From Candidatus Obscuribacteraceae bacterium (GTDB lineage: Bacteria; Cyanobacteriota; Vampirovibrionia; Obscuribacterales; Obscuribacteraceae): 64,000 nt of DNA. Positions 27,064-36,914 of this stretch are shown piece by piece. How positions within the stretch are numbered: the stretch's first letter is position 1; each line of letters opens with the position of its first letter. The notes below the pieces were generated by a model. It made no database searches and had not been told where the DNA came from. It saw only the letters and a list, made by a program, of their open reading frames with translations. The DNA lies in assembly GCA_044226015.1 (NCBI GenBank), contig JBGAHS010000006.1:192001-256000 (forward strand). Direction: 5' to 3'. The translations under genes and the position numbers were made by a program.

Positions 27064-27987
27064 CTAATCAGTCAATTTAATCCCTTTTAGCATTTCGTCA
27101 ACCATCTTCTTATTAATTGGTGTTGCCATTGCATTTCGCATATGGTCACTGTCCCCAGCGTCGACGAGAGCACCAACTTGACTTTTCGAATTAAAAATCG
27201 CCGAACCAGAATTACCACCTTCTACTCGAGCATCGAGCAGAATAATTTCACGATTAGCATCTTCACCATGAAGCATCTTTAGTTCATTTCCGTCACCATC
27301 TCGATAATTTGAACGTGCAGTAATGCCTTGAACTTCGCCATTCGAGACGTAAAGAGATTTACTATGTGCGGGATAACCCACAGCCGTCAAAGTGTCGTCT
27401 TTCTTCCCGAAATCCTCCACCCTCTCTGAATCCGTGACGGATGCTGGTTTGCAAACGCTGGACGTATCGCCCCCAGTGCTTACCTCTACCAGCGCAAGGT
27501 CATTCTCCAATTTTCGCTTCAGCACTTTTGCATCGTGAAGAACTCCATCCGACATTTTGACTTGAAAGTCGTTGTCAGAATCTGCCACTACATGATTGTC
27601 TGTTAAGATGAGGCAAGAATCTTCAGTCTTAGCTACGGCAAAACCTGAGCCAATCGCGCCTGCAGAAGTCCATTCGCCGGAGCGAGAATAGAAATGTGCA
27701 GCACTCTTTTTGCCAGCCTCATAGTTTGCACGTGTGCTCGAGTTTTCATCAAAATTTTGATAAACGCACCCTGAGGAGAATTTACCTGCCTCAAGAACTG
27801 GGAGTTCATCTGCCCTGGGTTGGCGCTTGCATACGGTACCGAACAATGACGTGGTCTCAGTAACAAGTTCCTTGCGCAAGGCTTCAGATGATTCAGCCTG
27901 TTCTTCTTTCGCGAAAGGAAAAGTCGACACGCGCTCTTGCGCCACATAATTCAATTCCGATTCCATCGGTGCATCCTCTAAGCTCAA
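27064..27987 (-). CDS. Trypsin-like serine protease without signal peptide
   Basis: GSGFAV, LTDNHVV (His), NDLALV (Asp), GGNSGS (Ser); AGGAG RBS. Confidence 0.9.
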   Translation of the reverse strand: MSLEDAPMESELNYVAQERVSTFPFAKEEQAESSEALRKELVTETTSLFGTVCKRQPRADELPVLEAGKFSSGCVYQNFDENSSTRANYEAGKKSAAHFYSRSGEWTSAGAIGSGFAVAKTEDSCLILTDNHVVADSDNDFQVKMSDGVLHDAKVLKRKLENDLALVEVSTGGDTSSVCKPASVTDSERVEDFGKKDDTLTAVGYPAHSKSLYVSNGEVQGITARSNYRDGDGNELKMLHGEDANREIILLDARVEGGNSGSAIFNSKSQVGALVDAGDSDHMRNAMATPINKKMVDEMLKGIKLTD

Positions 27988-28144
27988 CCACTCCTTAGAG
28001 TCTTAGAACTGTCAGCCTTTGACCATGTGGAATCCACGCAGTGACTACTACAACAAATTTTGGCCCGAGTCGTCCGTGATGTTTACAAGAATTGGATAAA
28101 GAGCGTCTGGATGACTAAAAAGGCTAAGCAGGTCAAAAATAGCG

Positions 28145-28169
28145 GGGCACCGCAGTATGTGCGATGCCC
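28145..28169 (-). terminator. Probable terminator of the ABC operon
   Basis: GC-rich hairpin downstream of the permease stop, followed by a T-run on the minus strand. Confidence 0.55.
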
Positions 28170-28190
28170 TATGCTAATGTCAGAGTATTG

Positions 28191-28982
28191 CTATGAACCG
28201 TATTTAGCAAGCAATCCCTTCATTCTCGCTTCTTCAAAGAAGCGATTGAAAACGACGGCAGCAATGGCCATGTAGACCACATTCAATCCAAAGGAAATAA
28301 ACAAGGTTCCTGAGTCGTAAGGTTGATGACTCAGAATTTGCCTCATACCTTCAAATACGTAGCTCGATGGACAGATTTTTGCAAGTATCTGCATGAAAGG
28401 TGGCAACACGCTTACAGGATAGAACACCGCAGAGATAGGTTGAATCAAGAATGGAACTGCCCATGCAAGAGCCTCCGCGGGTGGACCAAAGCGTACTATA
28501 ACACCTGTGGTGATCAGTCCCAGTGCCCATCCCATCAACAATAGGTTCACAAAAAACGCTCCAAAAATAAGTCCTATCTGGAACACGTTGAATGAGTAGA
28601 ACAATGCCGCCGCAACAGACAAAATTACGAGTACAACAATGGCTTGAAGGAAGCCCATCACGTAGGTCGCTGTAATGTATTCGCTCAACCTTACCGGGCC
28701 CGCAAAAATATTGAGCAAATTGCGGTTCCAGACATCATCGAGAAATGACACACTAATTACTTGCTGAGCTCGGTACAGTATGTTCCACATGATCACAGCC
28801 CCGATAAGGAACGTAACCATTGACGGCACGCTGTTTCCTACCTTCAACAAATACATGGTGAGAAAGCCCCACACAAGCAAATCCATCAAAGGCCAGAAGA
28901 ACACATCCATCGCACGAAAAGTATTTCGCGAACAAATGAAAGCGTATTTGATTAAAAGTGCTTTGACAATTCTAAAATTCAT
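28191..28982 (-). CDS. ABC-2 type exporter permease
   Basis: Six TM helices, SAVFYPVSVLP motif, ATGA overlap with the ATPase. Confidence 0.92.
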   Translation of the reverse strand: MNFRIVKALLIKYAFICSRNTFRAMDVFFWPLMDLLVWGFLTMYLLKVGNSVPSMVTFLIGAVIMWNILYRAQQVISVSFLDDVWNRNLLNIFAGPVRLSEYITATYVMGFLQAIVVLVILSVAAALFYSFNVFQIGLIFGAFFVNLLLMGWALGLITTGVIVRFGPPAEALAWAVPFLIQPISAVFYPVSVLPPFMQILAKICPSSYVFEGMRQILSHQPYDSGTLFISFGLNVVYMAIAAVVFNRFFEEARMKGLLAKYGS

Positions 28983-29734
28983 TTTCCCATAGCTCCTTCA
29001 AGGTTCGATGACCTTGCTATCGTTATGAATACTTCTTCGAGGCTTGAGCCACCAAATCGCTCCATTAGCTCTTCTGCACGCCCTTCAGCAATCACATTTC
29101 CGTGATGAACGAAAAGTATTCGTTCACACAACTCAGTGACATCTAACATATTGTGCGAAGTATTGATGACCGTAATCGCTCGTTCTTTTTGTAGCTTCTT
29201 AAGAATTTTCCGTACCTTGTCCGCGAGGTCAGGGTCAAGACTAGCCGTTGGCTCGTCTAGCAAAAGTATCTCGGGGTCGTTCAAAAACGCTTTACAGAGA
29301 TTCAATCGCGTCTGTTCTCCAGCCGACAATGTTCCAGTAATGTGATTTCTCAGATTCACAATCTCAAACAGCTCAAGAAGGTATTCGATCTTTTCTTTTC
29401 TGTTTTTGACTCCGTAAATCTCAGCGAACACGTAGAGGTTTTCCCAGACCTTCAAATTCCAGGGCAAATACACATACGCCGACGCGAAGTTGGCGCGTTG
29501 TAAGATTTCGACCCTATGCTTCTCCAGGTCTTTTCCAAACATTTTGACGTGACCTGATGTGGGCTTAGTCAAACCCAGCATCATGTGTATCGTTGTTGTT
29601 TTACCTGCACCGTTTGGACCTAGCAAACCAAAGATTTCGCCCCGGTTTACGGTAAATGAAATGTCCTTTACTGCCACATTGTCGGCAGCAAATTCTTTGC
29701 GGAGGTTCCGCACTTCAACAATTTGTTCTGACAT
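28979..29734 (-). CDS. ABC exporter ATP-binding protein
   Basis: GPNGAGKTT, LSAGE, LLLDEPT, TSH; ATG 29734 has a GGAG RBS. Confidence 0.95.
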   Translation of the reverse strand: MSEQIVEVRNLRKEFAADNVAVKDISFTVNRGEIFGLLGPNGAGKTTTIHMMLGLTKPTSGHVKMFGKDLEKHRVEILQRANFASAYVYLPWNLKVWENLYVFAEIYGVKNRKEKIEYLLELFEIVNLRNHITGTLSAGEQTRLNLCKAFLNDPEILLLDEPTASLDPDLADKVRKILKKLQKERAITVINTSHNMLDVTELCERILFVHHGNVIAEGRAEELMERFGGSSLEEVFITIARSSNLEGAMGK

Positions 29735-29859
29735 GATTAAAGTCTCCGGATCACACCAGGCTGAAAAGTCGGTGTTAACTCTCATAAGCGTTGCCCTGTG
29801 GTGCTGCAAATGCCTGCACCGGGCAAAAAGAATTTCCTTCTAACGAGCGGTGGCGCGCG

Positions 29860-29898
29860 TCAGTGGGTCAACAATGGAATGTTTCTTGGCTTATACAT
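29860..29898 (-). CDS. Putative leader peptide MYKPRNIPLLTH
   Basis: GGAGGGGG 7 nt upstream of ATG; TATACT at 29931-29936 (minus strand). Confidence 0.4.
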   Translation of the reverse strand: MYKPRNIPLLTH

Positions 29899-30009
29899 GA
29901 GAGTGCCCCCTCCAGAGGACGAATGACTTCAGTATACCTGAGAAGGGGGAAATTTGATCTACGCTGTCTTTAAATTCAGAAGCGAAAATTTACACAAGCA
30001 ACCGGACTA

Positions 30010-31866
30010 CTAAAATTTCTCAGAAAACAACGAGCGCAAATTGCTTTCGTAATCAGCCGTGGCTGGTCGTCCAGCCGACTGTGCTACGGTCAGGGTGCGT
30101 GTGCCCAGCGGCAACGCGGCAGGAACGTGCACCACTGGTGGTAGCGGGGCTGCCGATGATGTAGCTGCTTCAATCAACAATTGCGCGAGGGCTCTATAAC
30201 CTTCTTCTTCTGTTTCGACTTGCATGTTTTCTCTCTCTCTTTCTACCGCGGTGCAGCCAATCAACTCCGAAGCATCTTTGAGGGCTTCTTTAACAAAGGT
30301 GGAAACTGTATAGATGCGGGGCGCAACTTCCGGATGATACTCCGGCCAAACTGATGGCACCGAGTTGTCGTTTATTTCGCCGCTGCAATCAAAAGTTATC
30401 GGTTCTTTCTCTTCGACTAGCAGCTTCGACTCGTCATCCAAAATAGAGGCGTTCAACAAATGGAACTCATTCATCGATTCCAATGCGATAACGGAAGGAA
30501 CGAACTCTTCGAGTAACAATCCGACTTGATCGGCCGTCAAAGAATTCAAAAACGATAGACTCTCTTCCGAGATTACTTCACTTCTTTCAGAATGAACTGG
30601 TGCGTCCAAGTCAATATAGGTCTCAGCCTGTTCGTTGCCCTGAGCTTCTACTTCCGCCTCTTTCTCCTGGTCATCATGGTGCTCAGGAAGGAGATGAACA
30701 TAATCATCCATGTCAAAATCGTCATCTGAGACAAAGCTGTCGTCGGAATTTGGTTCAAGGGAATCGCCAGATTCATTCAATACTGCACCTTCTGCAATCG
30801 GAACAAAGGACGGAATTATCATCACCGATACTGCAGCACCTTCGTTTCCATGGCTCATTTCTACAGAAGTGATTTGCGCAATCGGAGCAGCTGGAGCCAC
30901 TGGTTCAAGCGCTTCAACTGATTCGACCTTTGCAGCTCTAGATTTCCTGGTGGAACGTTTTGTACAAATGAATTGCTCGTCTGAAATATCCAATACATCT
31001 TTCGAAACAGGTACACCTGCATAGGACGGCTGCCATTCCAGCGCTTCCGTTTCAACTGCCGGAGCCAGTTCGCGGGCATATGCACGACAGCGTGAAATTG
31101 ATACTGTTTCTTCTTTACCACGAATGAAGAAGAATAAGGACAAGCCACCAATGATGCTTGCGACGCCTACAGCTACAGCTATCAAGCCTCCGTTATCTAA
31201 ATCAGCAGAACTTGTAACAGCAGGAGTCATTGCTGCGACTGAAGCATCAGTGACAGCAGGCGCAATGTCGGTGTTTGGAGAATGCATTACAGCTTTGCTT
31301 GCCGTCTTTGGCTTAGCTAAAAGCGATGGAGTAACGGCGACTTTCGGCGCAGCTGCTCTGGGTTTTATCACAGCCGCAATATTGGACACTGGCAGCCGTG
31401 ATTCAGAGTTTGCACTTTTTGCATGTGTCAAGCTAGCCAGGCGGTGAGATTTGCTGACTGGTTCTTCGCTAGCTGCAGCCGTCTCGTCAGAGCGAAACGA
31501 CGGCGCTGGACCTGGCTCATCAGCTTTTGCAGCATAATCTGGCGCAACCGATGGCATGCCACCTTTTGGAGCCGGTGTGAACTCAACAGAAACTGGCGCG
31601 GCCATTACCGCACCTTCGACTTTGTCGAGTCCAAGTTTCTTGCAAATTGTTCTCAATCTATATGAGTCAGAACCATCTAGCTTGTAGCCGACCACTGAAT
31701 TTTCTAGAACCTCAAGGCGCTGGTCTAGAGACTGGTCGTAGTTTGCCTTGCCGAAAACTTTTTCTTCGGCTTTGACCATCAAGACGATTTCGTCGTAAGA
31801 ATAGGCGAGTGCTGCAACAGGCGAAAGAAAAGCAAGCAAAAGCGTAGCTAGAATAACCCGTTTCAT
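30010..31866 (-). CDS. Single-pass membrane protein with signal peptide, Pro/Ala linker and acidic cytoplasmic tail
   Basis: MKRVILATLLLAFLSPVAALA signal; GLIAVAVGVASIIGGLSLFFFI TM; D/E-rich C-terminal half. Confidence 0.8.
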   Translation of the reverse strand: MKRVILATLLLAFLSPVAALAYSYDEIVLMVKAEEKVFGKANYDQSLDQRLEVLENSVVGYKLDGSDSYRLRTICKKLGLDKVEGAVMAAPVSVEFTPAPKGGMPSVAPDYAAKADEPGPAPSFRSDETAAASEEPVSKSHRLASLTHAKSANSESRLPVSNIAAVIKPRAAAPKVAVTPSLLAKPKTASKAVMHSPNTDIAPAVTDASVAAMTPAVTSSADLDNGGLIAVAVGVASIIGGLSLFFFIRGKEETVSISRCRAYARELAPAVETEALEWQPSYAGVPVSKDVLDISDEQFICTKRSTRKSRAAKVESVEALEPVAPAAPIAQITSVEMSHGNEGAAVSVMIIPSFVPIAEGAVLNESGDSLEPNSDDSFVSDDDFDMDDYVHLLPEHHDDQEKEAEVEAQGNEQAETYIDLDAPVHSERSEVISEESLSFLNSLTADQVGLLLEEFVPSVIALESMNEFHLLNASILDDESKLLVEEKEPITFDCSGEINDNSVPSVWPEYHPEVAPRIYTVSTFVKEALKDASELIGCTAVERERENMQVETEEEGYRALAQLLIEAATSSAAPLPPVVHVPAALPLGTRTLTVAQSAGRPATADYESNLRSLFSEKF

Positions 31867-32278
31867 ATTAGTAAGAATCCCCATTAGCTGGTGGTTAAAC
31901 CACCGCAAAGACCAGCCTTCCCCGATTAGCCTTTGCTACCCAACCACGAAAAATGTGGTACATGCCAAAGATACGAAATCGTCAAGAGGAAAACAATACG
32001 CATTTCCGCTAAAAAGGACGAGATTTTATCCTGGCAAACCGTGGTTATGGCAAGAATTTGCCAATTTGGGAGCACACTAATGCAAAGAAGTGGGAACCTT
32101 TTGGGCTTCTTTACAAAATGGCCCATAAAATCGCTCCCGAACCCATTAGCCAGACTACTCGTGGATTTTTTGTGGCAGTGGTACAAGAAAGATCGTCACA
32201 CAACAGATATCGATTGAATGTCTTTCCATCATCCGAGAACTGTTGTAGAATCTTTCTGCCACCACTTACGGTACCAGC

Positions 32279-32866
32279 ATGAACGAAGCTGAAGTTAAAA
32301 AAGCGCTATATAGGTTTGAGCTTTCGAAACTAGTAGGGGAAGACCCAACTACTCGAATAGTTGAAGAATTTTGCATTCTCGGTGGCAAAGTTCGAGTTGA
32401 CATAAGTGCTATCAACGGGCAATTGCACGGATACGAGATCAAGAGTTCAGCTGATAATCTGGAACGCTTACCGCGACAGCAAAAATTTTACAACCAGGTT
32501 TTTGACAAAATTAGTATTGTGGCTGACGAGAAGCATGTGGTGAAGGCTGTAAAAATTGTCCCACCATGCTGGGGGCTTATTTCTGCAAGCAACACGCCAC
32601 ACGGTGTCTATCTAGAGCAGATCTGGCCCGCCCGGCAAAACTTCCAGGTTGAAGCAAATGCGCTTGTTCAGCTTCTCTGGAGAGAAGAAGCTCTTTCAAT
32701 TCTCAGAGTTAATGGCAAAGGCAAAGGGCTTTCTGCGAAATCTCGAAAATACCTCTGGAAAACCATCGTCTCAGAACTTGATCTAGCCACCATAAAGAGC
32801 AGTGTCCGAAACTGCCTCAAGTACAGAATGGACTGGCGTGACGACCCAGATATGCCCCTGAATTGA
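32279..32866 (+). CDS. sce7726-family PD-(D/E)XK nuclease-like protein
   Basis: EEF...RVDISAING.LHGYEIKSSADNLERLPRQ...Y..VFD signature. Confidence 0.8.
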   Translation: MNEAEVKKALYRFELSKLVGEDPTTRIVEEFCILGGKVRVDISAINGQLHGYEIKSSADNLERLPRQQKFYNQVFDKISIVADEKHVVKAVKIVPPCWGLISASNTPHGVYLEQIWPARQNFQVEANALVQLLWREEALSILRVNGKGKGLSAKSRKYLWKTIVSELDLATIKSSVRNCLKYRMDWRDDPDMPLN

Positions 32867-33001
32867 GCATAAAGAATATTTTTCAGGTGGATTTCTGTTG
32901 AATACACCTTTGTTACATAAAATCGAACATGACAAGCGAATGCCTTGCTAGTGAATGGGTTAGAATTTTCAGGCTGACCGCAACTTCAAAGGAACAACAG
33001 C

Positions 33002-35680
33002 ATGTCCGTATCGCTTGTAAAAAAGACTGATGGTTCGATGTCATTATTCATTGATGGTGATCTGCAGTTCGATAGCAGAGACGAATACATCTATCACGAG
33101 GCTCTGGTAAATCCCGCGTTGTCAGTCATCGAAACACGGCGCCCTCAGGGTAATCTTCGCGCCCTTATAATTGGAGGCGGAGATGGGCTTGTAGCGAGGG
33201 AATTGCTCCGCTCACCAAAGATAAGCAGCATAGAACTAGTCGACTACGACAACAAGATTATCGAGCTCGCGAAAAACGAGATTAGCTCCTTAAATCAAAA
33301 AAGCCTTCATGACCCCAGAGTAAAAGTTATCTGCCAGGATGCATGGGCTTACCTGGAAGCAGCATGCAGGGTTGAAGAAAAATACGACATCGTAGTGAGT
33401 GATCTCACTGTTGCGCAAAACAGTCACGAGGCTAAGTTCCATAGCACTGACTGGTATCAAATGCTAAAACAAGTGCTCTCGGCAGACGGCGTCCTCGCAT
33501 TGAATGCAGTCTCAACTCAGGCAACGCCGGAGGCATTTTGGTCAATTTTCAATTCAATAACCTATGCAGGTTTAAAAGCACGTCCATTTCACGTAACTCT
33601 CTCATCCTTCCAATCGCAAGGGTACGGGCGTGATTGGGGATTTTTGCTCGCCTCGACACGGGTGATTCAAAGCAATGAACTCAAAATCGAATCCATGGCA
33701 AAACAAGATGAGTTTCGTTTTCTAAAAAGCTCAAAACAGTGTCTTCATCTATTCGAATTCCCAGAAGAATTCGCAAATCAACAGAGCTACTCTCTTCCTT
33801 TTAGAGCTGGTAGCGATCTACTTCTTCATTATTTTTTCAATAGCACTGAACTTCATGCAAACAGCAGCGAACAATGGAGTTCTTTCAGCATAGAATACGA
33901 CAATCTTTCTGTACTAACTCCAGATGAAGCAGAGAGAATCTTACCTCCTGAATTGAGAAGAGAGCTTTCCTCCGATATAGGAGCAAGCCAGCAGGAAGAA
34001 CTCTTTGAACGCGTGGTCAGCCTGGTTCCTGCATTGCGGAAGAATCAAACTAGAGAGATGATTTCGTCCTTCGTCGAGAACCCGATGCGCTTTCTTGAAT
34101 CAATAGATTTGCTTGAGCTGGTTAGCAGATTATTAGACCGTGCCTCGGAATTGCCATCACTGGTAGTAGCAGAGCTTCGCCTCTTGAAGGACAGACTGGT
34201 TGATTGGACAGGAGACTATAGTGATCTGTTCAGACTTGGCACCAGGGTTATGACAGTTCTCACATTAGTCGTGATAATCGGCAATCTGATGCACCCTGAT
34301 GCTGCATATGGCAAAGATGCTGGCGGCGGACATGGCGGCGATCATGGAGGTGCCGGACGAGGTGGAGATCACGCTGGTGATCACGGTGGTGACCGCGGAC
34401 GGGGAGATCGGGGAGATGGTCGCGGCGACCGTGGATTCGGCAATCGCAATTTCGACCATGACAGATTCAATAACTTCAACCACTTCAATAATTATGGTCA
34501 CTGGGGCCACTACGGACACTGGGGTCATTATGGATGGGCTCGTCCATGGCACGCATGGGGATGGGGTGGCTGGGGCTACAATGGCGGCTGGGGCGGCTGG
34601 TCTGTTCCCATTTACGCTGGCAACGGCGGGTTTCTGAACGTTAACTTGGGCTCAAACAACAACACAACAAACAACAATAGGCAGGCAGTCGACGAAGAGG
34701 GCAATACTTATCCTGCAAGAAAGTACAACTATTCTAACCAGGACTACGATGACAGCCAGGTAGCAAACAGCGACAATGGTCAAAGCTCTGTAAATCAAGC
34801 CACAGCAGATTATAGACTCGGACCTGATACAGACATTTTGCCTAATGGTCAGATCAGTATTCAACTTGCAGAACAATCTTATTTGCTAATTTCTCCACAG
34901 AAAACGCTAGTGATGGATCAGAATTCTGGCAAGCCCGTGATGGCACTTCAAAATGACCCTGCTTTGATTTGGAATTTGAACAACGAGATACAACGCCAAC
35001 AAAAGGGGTTGCAGTCAGCCTCAGACAACAGACAGTCGTCGATTTCATGGGGACAAAATGCAGGACTCCAAAATCATGACGCTGATGCAGCAGAGAGCCA
35101 GAACATTCAATCTGCTGTAGGACGCCTAAATCTGGCGAGCCAAAATTTGCCTCAGGTTCCGGCTGAGCGGCCCAACTCAATGAATGAGCCAGTGCCTGGG
35201 GCAATGGAATTGTTTGCCTCAACCTATATGAGCCCTGATGGGCACTTTCTCATCATCAGAAGACCAGATGGTTCACTAGCTTTCATGGATGGCAAAAACT
35301 GGTACAGTGACGCAGGTCAAACACGAATCAATAAGCCCTATCCAGCACAGTTCAAAGCCATTGCTCAAGCTTACTTGAATAACCTTGTGAGCGATTCTTC
35401 CAAAGAAATCGCAAGCATGCAGCAAGACCAACAGGAGGCAACTGACCGACTTCAGTCTTTGCAGCAAGAGCTCAGCTCCTACAATTCCGATCCCAACGCA
35501 AACCCGAACGAAATGGTTAACTTTGGATCAACGCAAATTCCTCGAGACCATGCAATAAAACGAACTCAAATGATGATCGCAAGAACGCAAAGACGTCTCA
35601 CGATGTTGCAAAAACAAATCAATTCCATTCCACAGGAGAATACCTGTGCCAGCAAGTTATTAGCAAGCTTGCAGAGCTAA
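33002..35680 (+). CDS. Spermidine-synthase-like (aminopropyltransferase) domain fused to a TM segment, Gly/His/Trp-rich region and coiled-coil C-terminus
   Basis: LFIDGDLQF, YHEALV, LIIGGGDG, LVDYD, DPRVKVICQDA, YDIVVSD; AAGGA RBS. Confidence 0.85.
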   Translation: MSVSLVKKTDGSMSLFIDGDLQFDSRDEYIYHEALVNPALSVIETRRPQGNLRALIIGGGDGLVARELLRSPKISSIELVDYDNKIIELAKNEISSLNQKSLHDPRVKVICQDAWAYLEAACRVEEKYDIVVSDLTVAQNSHEAKFHSTDWYQMLKQVLSADGVLALNAVSTQATPEAFWSIFNSITYAGLKARPFHVTLSSFQSQGYGRDWGFLLASTRVIQSNELKIESMAKQDEFRFLKSSKQCLHLFEFPEEFANQQSYSLPFRAGSDLLLHYFFNSTELHANSSEQWSSFSIEYDNLSVLTPDEAERILPPELRRELSSDIGASQQEELFERVVSLVPALRKNQTREMISSFVENPMRFLESIDLLELVSRLLDRASELPSLVVAELRLLKDRLVDWTGDYSDLFRLGTRVMTVLTLVVIIGNLMHPDAAYGKDAGGGHGGDHGGAGRGGDHAGDHGGDRGRGDRGDGRGDRGFGNRNFDHDRFNNFNHFNNYGHWGHYGHWGHYGWARPWHAWGWGGWGYNGGWGGWSVPIYAGNGGFLNVNLGSNNNTTNNNRQAVDEEGNTYPARKYNYSNQDYDDSQVANSDNGQSSVNQATADYRLGPDTDILPNGQISIQLAEQSYLLISPQKTLVMDQNSGKPVMALQNDPALIWNLNNEIQRQQKGLQSASDNRQSSISWGQNAGLQNHDADAAESQNIQSAVGRLNLASQNLPQVPAERPNSMNEPVPGAMELFASTYMSPDGHFLIIRRPDGSLAFMDGKNWYSDAGQTRINKPYPAQFKAIAQAYLNNLVSDSSKEIASMQQDQQEATDRLQSLQQELSSYNSDPNANPNEMVNFGSTQIPRDHAIKRTQMMIARTQRRLTMLQKQINSIPQENTCASKLLASLQS

Positions 35681-35685
35681 GGACA

Positions 35686-36735
35686 TTGATAGTGACGACA
35701 GAAATTCTCACTGTGGAGGAATCAGGGCTGCAGAGCCCTGATTCTCCATTTGGAAAAGAATGGGAGAACTTACTGGACTCGTGTGCAGAGACTGGCTTTA
35801 TGCAAAGCCTTCATTGGGCACAATTCAAAGCAGCTTGCGAACAAAGAGTAATTCACATTACGATTAGAGCTAGCGATAAGCTGATAGCTGGAACACTGCT
35901 CTACACAAGCAAAGATGAGAAGCGACCCACAGTTTTAATTTCGCCTTACGGACCTGTATTGCCCTGGCATAATGAAGCACTGGCGAAAGAGTGCTTGAAA
36001 CAAATTATTTTCAAAGCGCAAGAAATCGCAGAAGCACTGAATGCGGTGACTCTGCGTATTGAACCAAGGGTGCCACATCCGCAGCCACCTCTGCTCAGAG
36101 AATTTTCTCAAGCCCCTGTAAATCTAATTCCTGCAGATACCATGATTCTCGACTTGAATAGAAGCAAGAGCTTAATTCTTCAGGAAATGAAGCCAAAATG
36201 CAGGTACAACATAGGGCTTTCACAAAAGAGCGGCGTCGTTGTGGAAGAAGTTCAAGCCTCTGAAAATAGTGCAGAAATTGCTTTTAGCATGCTGCAGGAA
36301 GCCTCAATTCGTGACAAGTTCTTTCTTGAACCATTTGAGTTCTTCGAGAAATTGCTGAGCACTCTGACACCATCAAAGTTTTTGCGCATTCTAATCGCAA
36401 AGCATGATGAAGAAGTCTTAGGAGTTCTTTTGTTGATTTGTTGCGGAAAGCAGGCAACCTATTTGTATGGTGGCATCAGCAACCAAAAACGTAATCTAAT
36501 GGTTGGTTATGCATTGCAGTGGAAAGCAATTGAGATTGCTAGAGCAGCTGGCTGTACTAGCTATGACTTTTACGGTTACGACAAGTTTCAAAATCCGAAC
36601 CATAGCTACGCCAAATTTTCACGATTCAAGAGTGGCTTCGGTGGCGAAGCTAAACGCTTCATTGGTGCCCAAGATTACATGTTTATAGATAAGCTAGTAG
36701 ATAACGTAATTGGCTTTTTCCGAGACATAAAATAA
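35686..36735 (+). CDS. FemAB/FemX-family aminoacyl-tRNA-dependent transferase
   Basis: FMQSLHWAQFK, YGPVL, LRIEP, MKPKCRYNI, ATYLYGG, YDFYG, RFKSGFGG. Confidence 0.9.
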   Translation: MIVTTEILTVEESGLQSPDSPFGKEWENLLDSCAETGFMQSLHWAQFKAACEQRVIHITIRASDKLIAGTLLYTSKDEKRPTVLISPYGPVLPWHNEALAKECLKQIIFKAQEIAEALNAVTLRIEPRVPHPQPPLLREFSQAPVNLIPADTMILDLNRSKSLILQEMKPKCRYNIGLSQKSGVVVEEVQASENSAEIAFSMLQEASIRDKFFLEPFEFFEKLLSTLTPSKFLRILIAKHDEEVLGVLLLICCGKQATYLYGGISNQKRNLMVGYALQWKAIEIARAAGCTSYDFYGYDKFQNPNHSYAKFSRFKSGFGGEAKRFIGAQDYMFIDKLVDNVIGFFRDIK

Positions 36736-36914
36736 GCAGTTCGTGCATCACAACAATTGATATGCGGCGCTGGCTAACTGGTTTCTTTCGCCCCATAATA
36801 GCCACCTTCTGCTTCTCACATTGCCGCCGTGCAGACTTTTGCCTGCACGGGACTTGGACACAAAGTGTCCATCTCTTTGCTATGATGTCAGCCGTTCCAA
36901 CCAGAGCTTCCATC

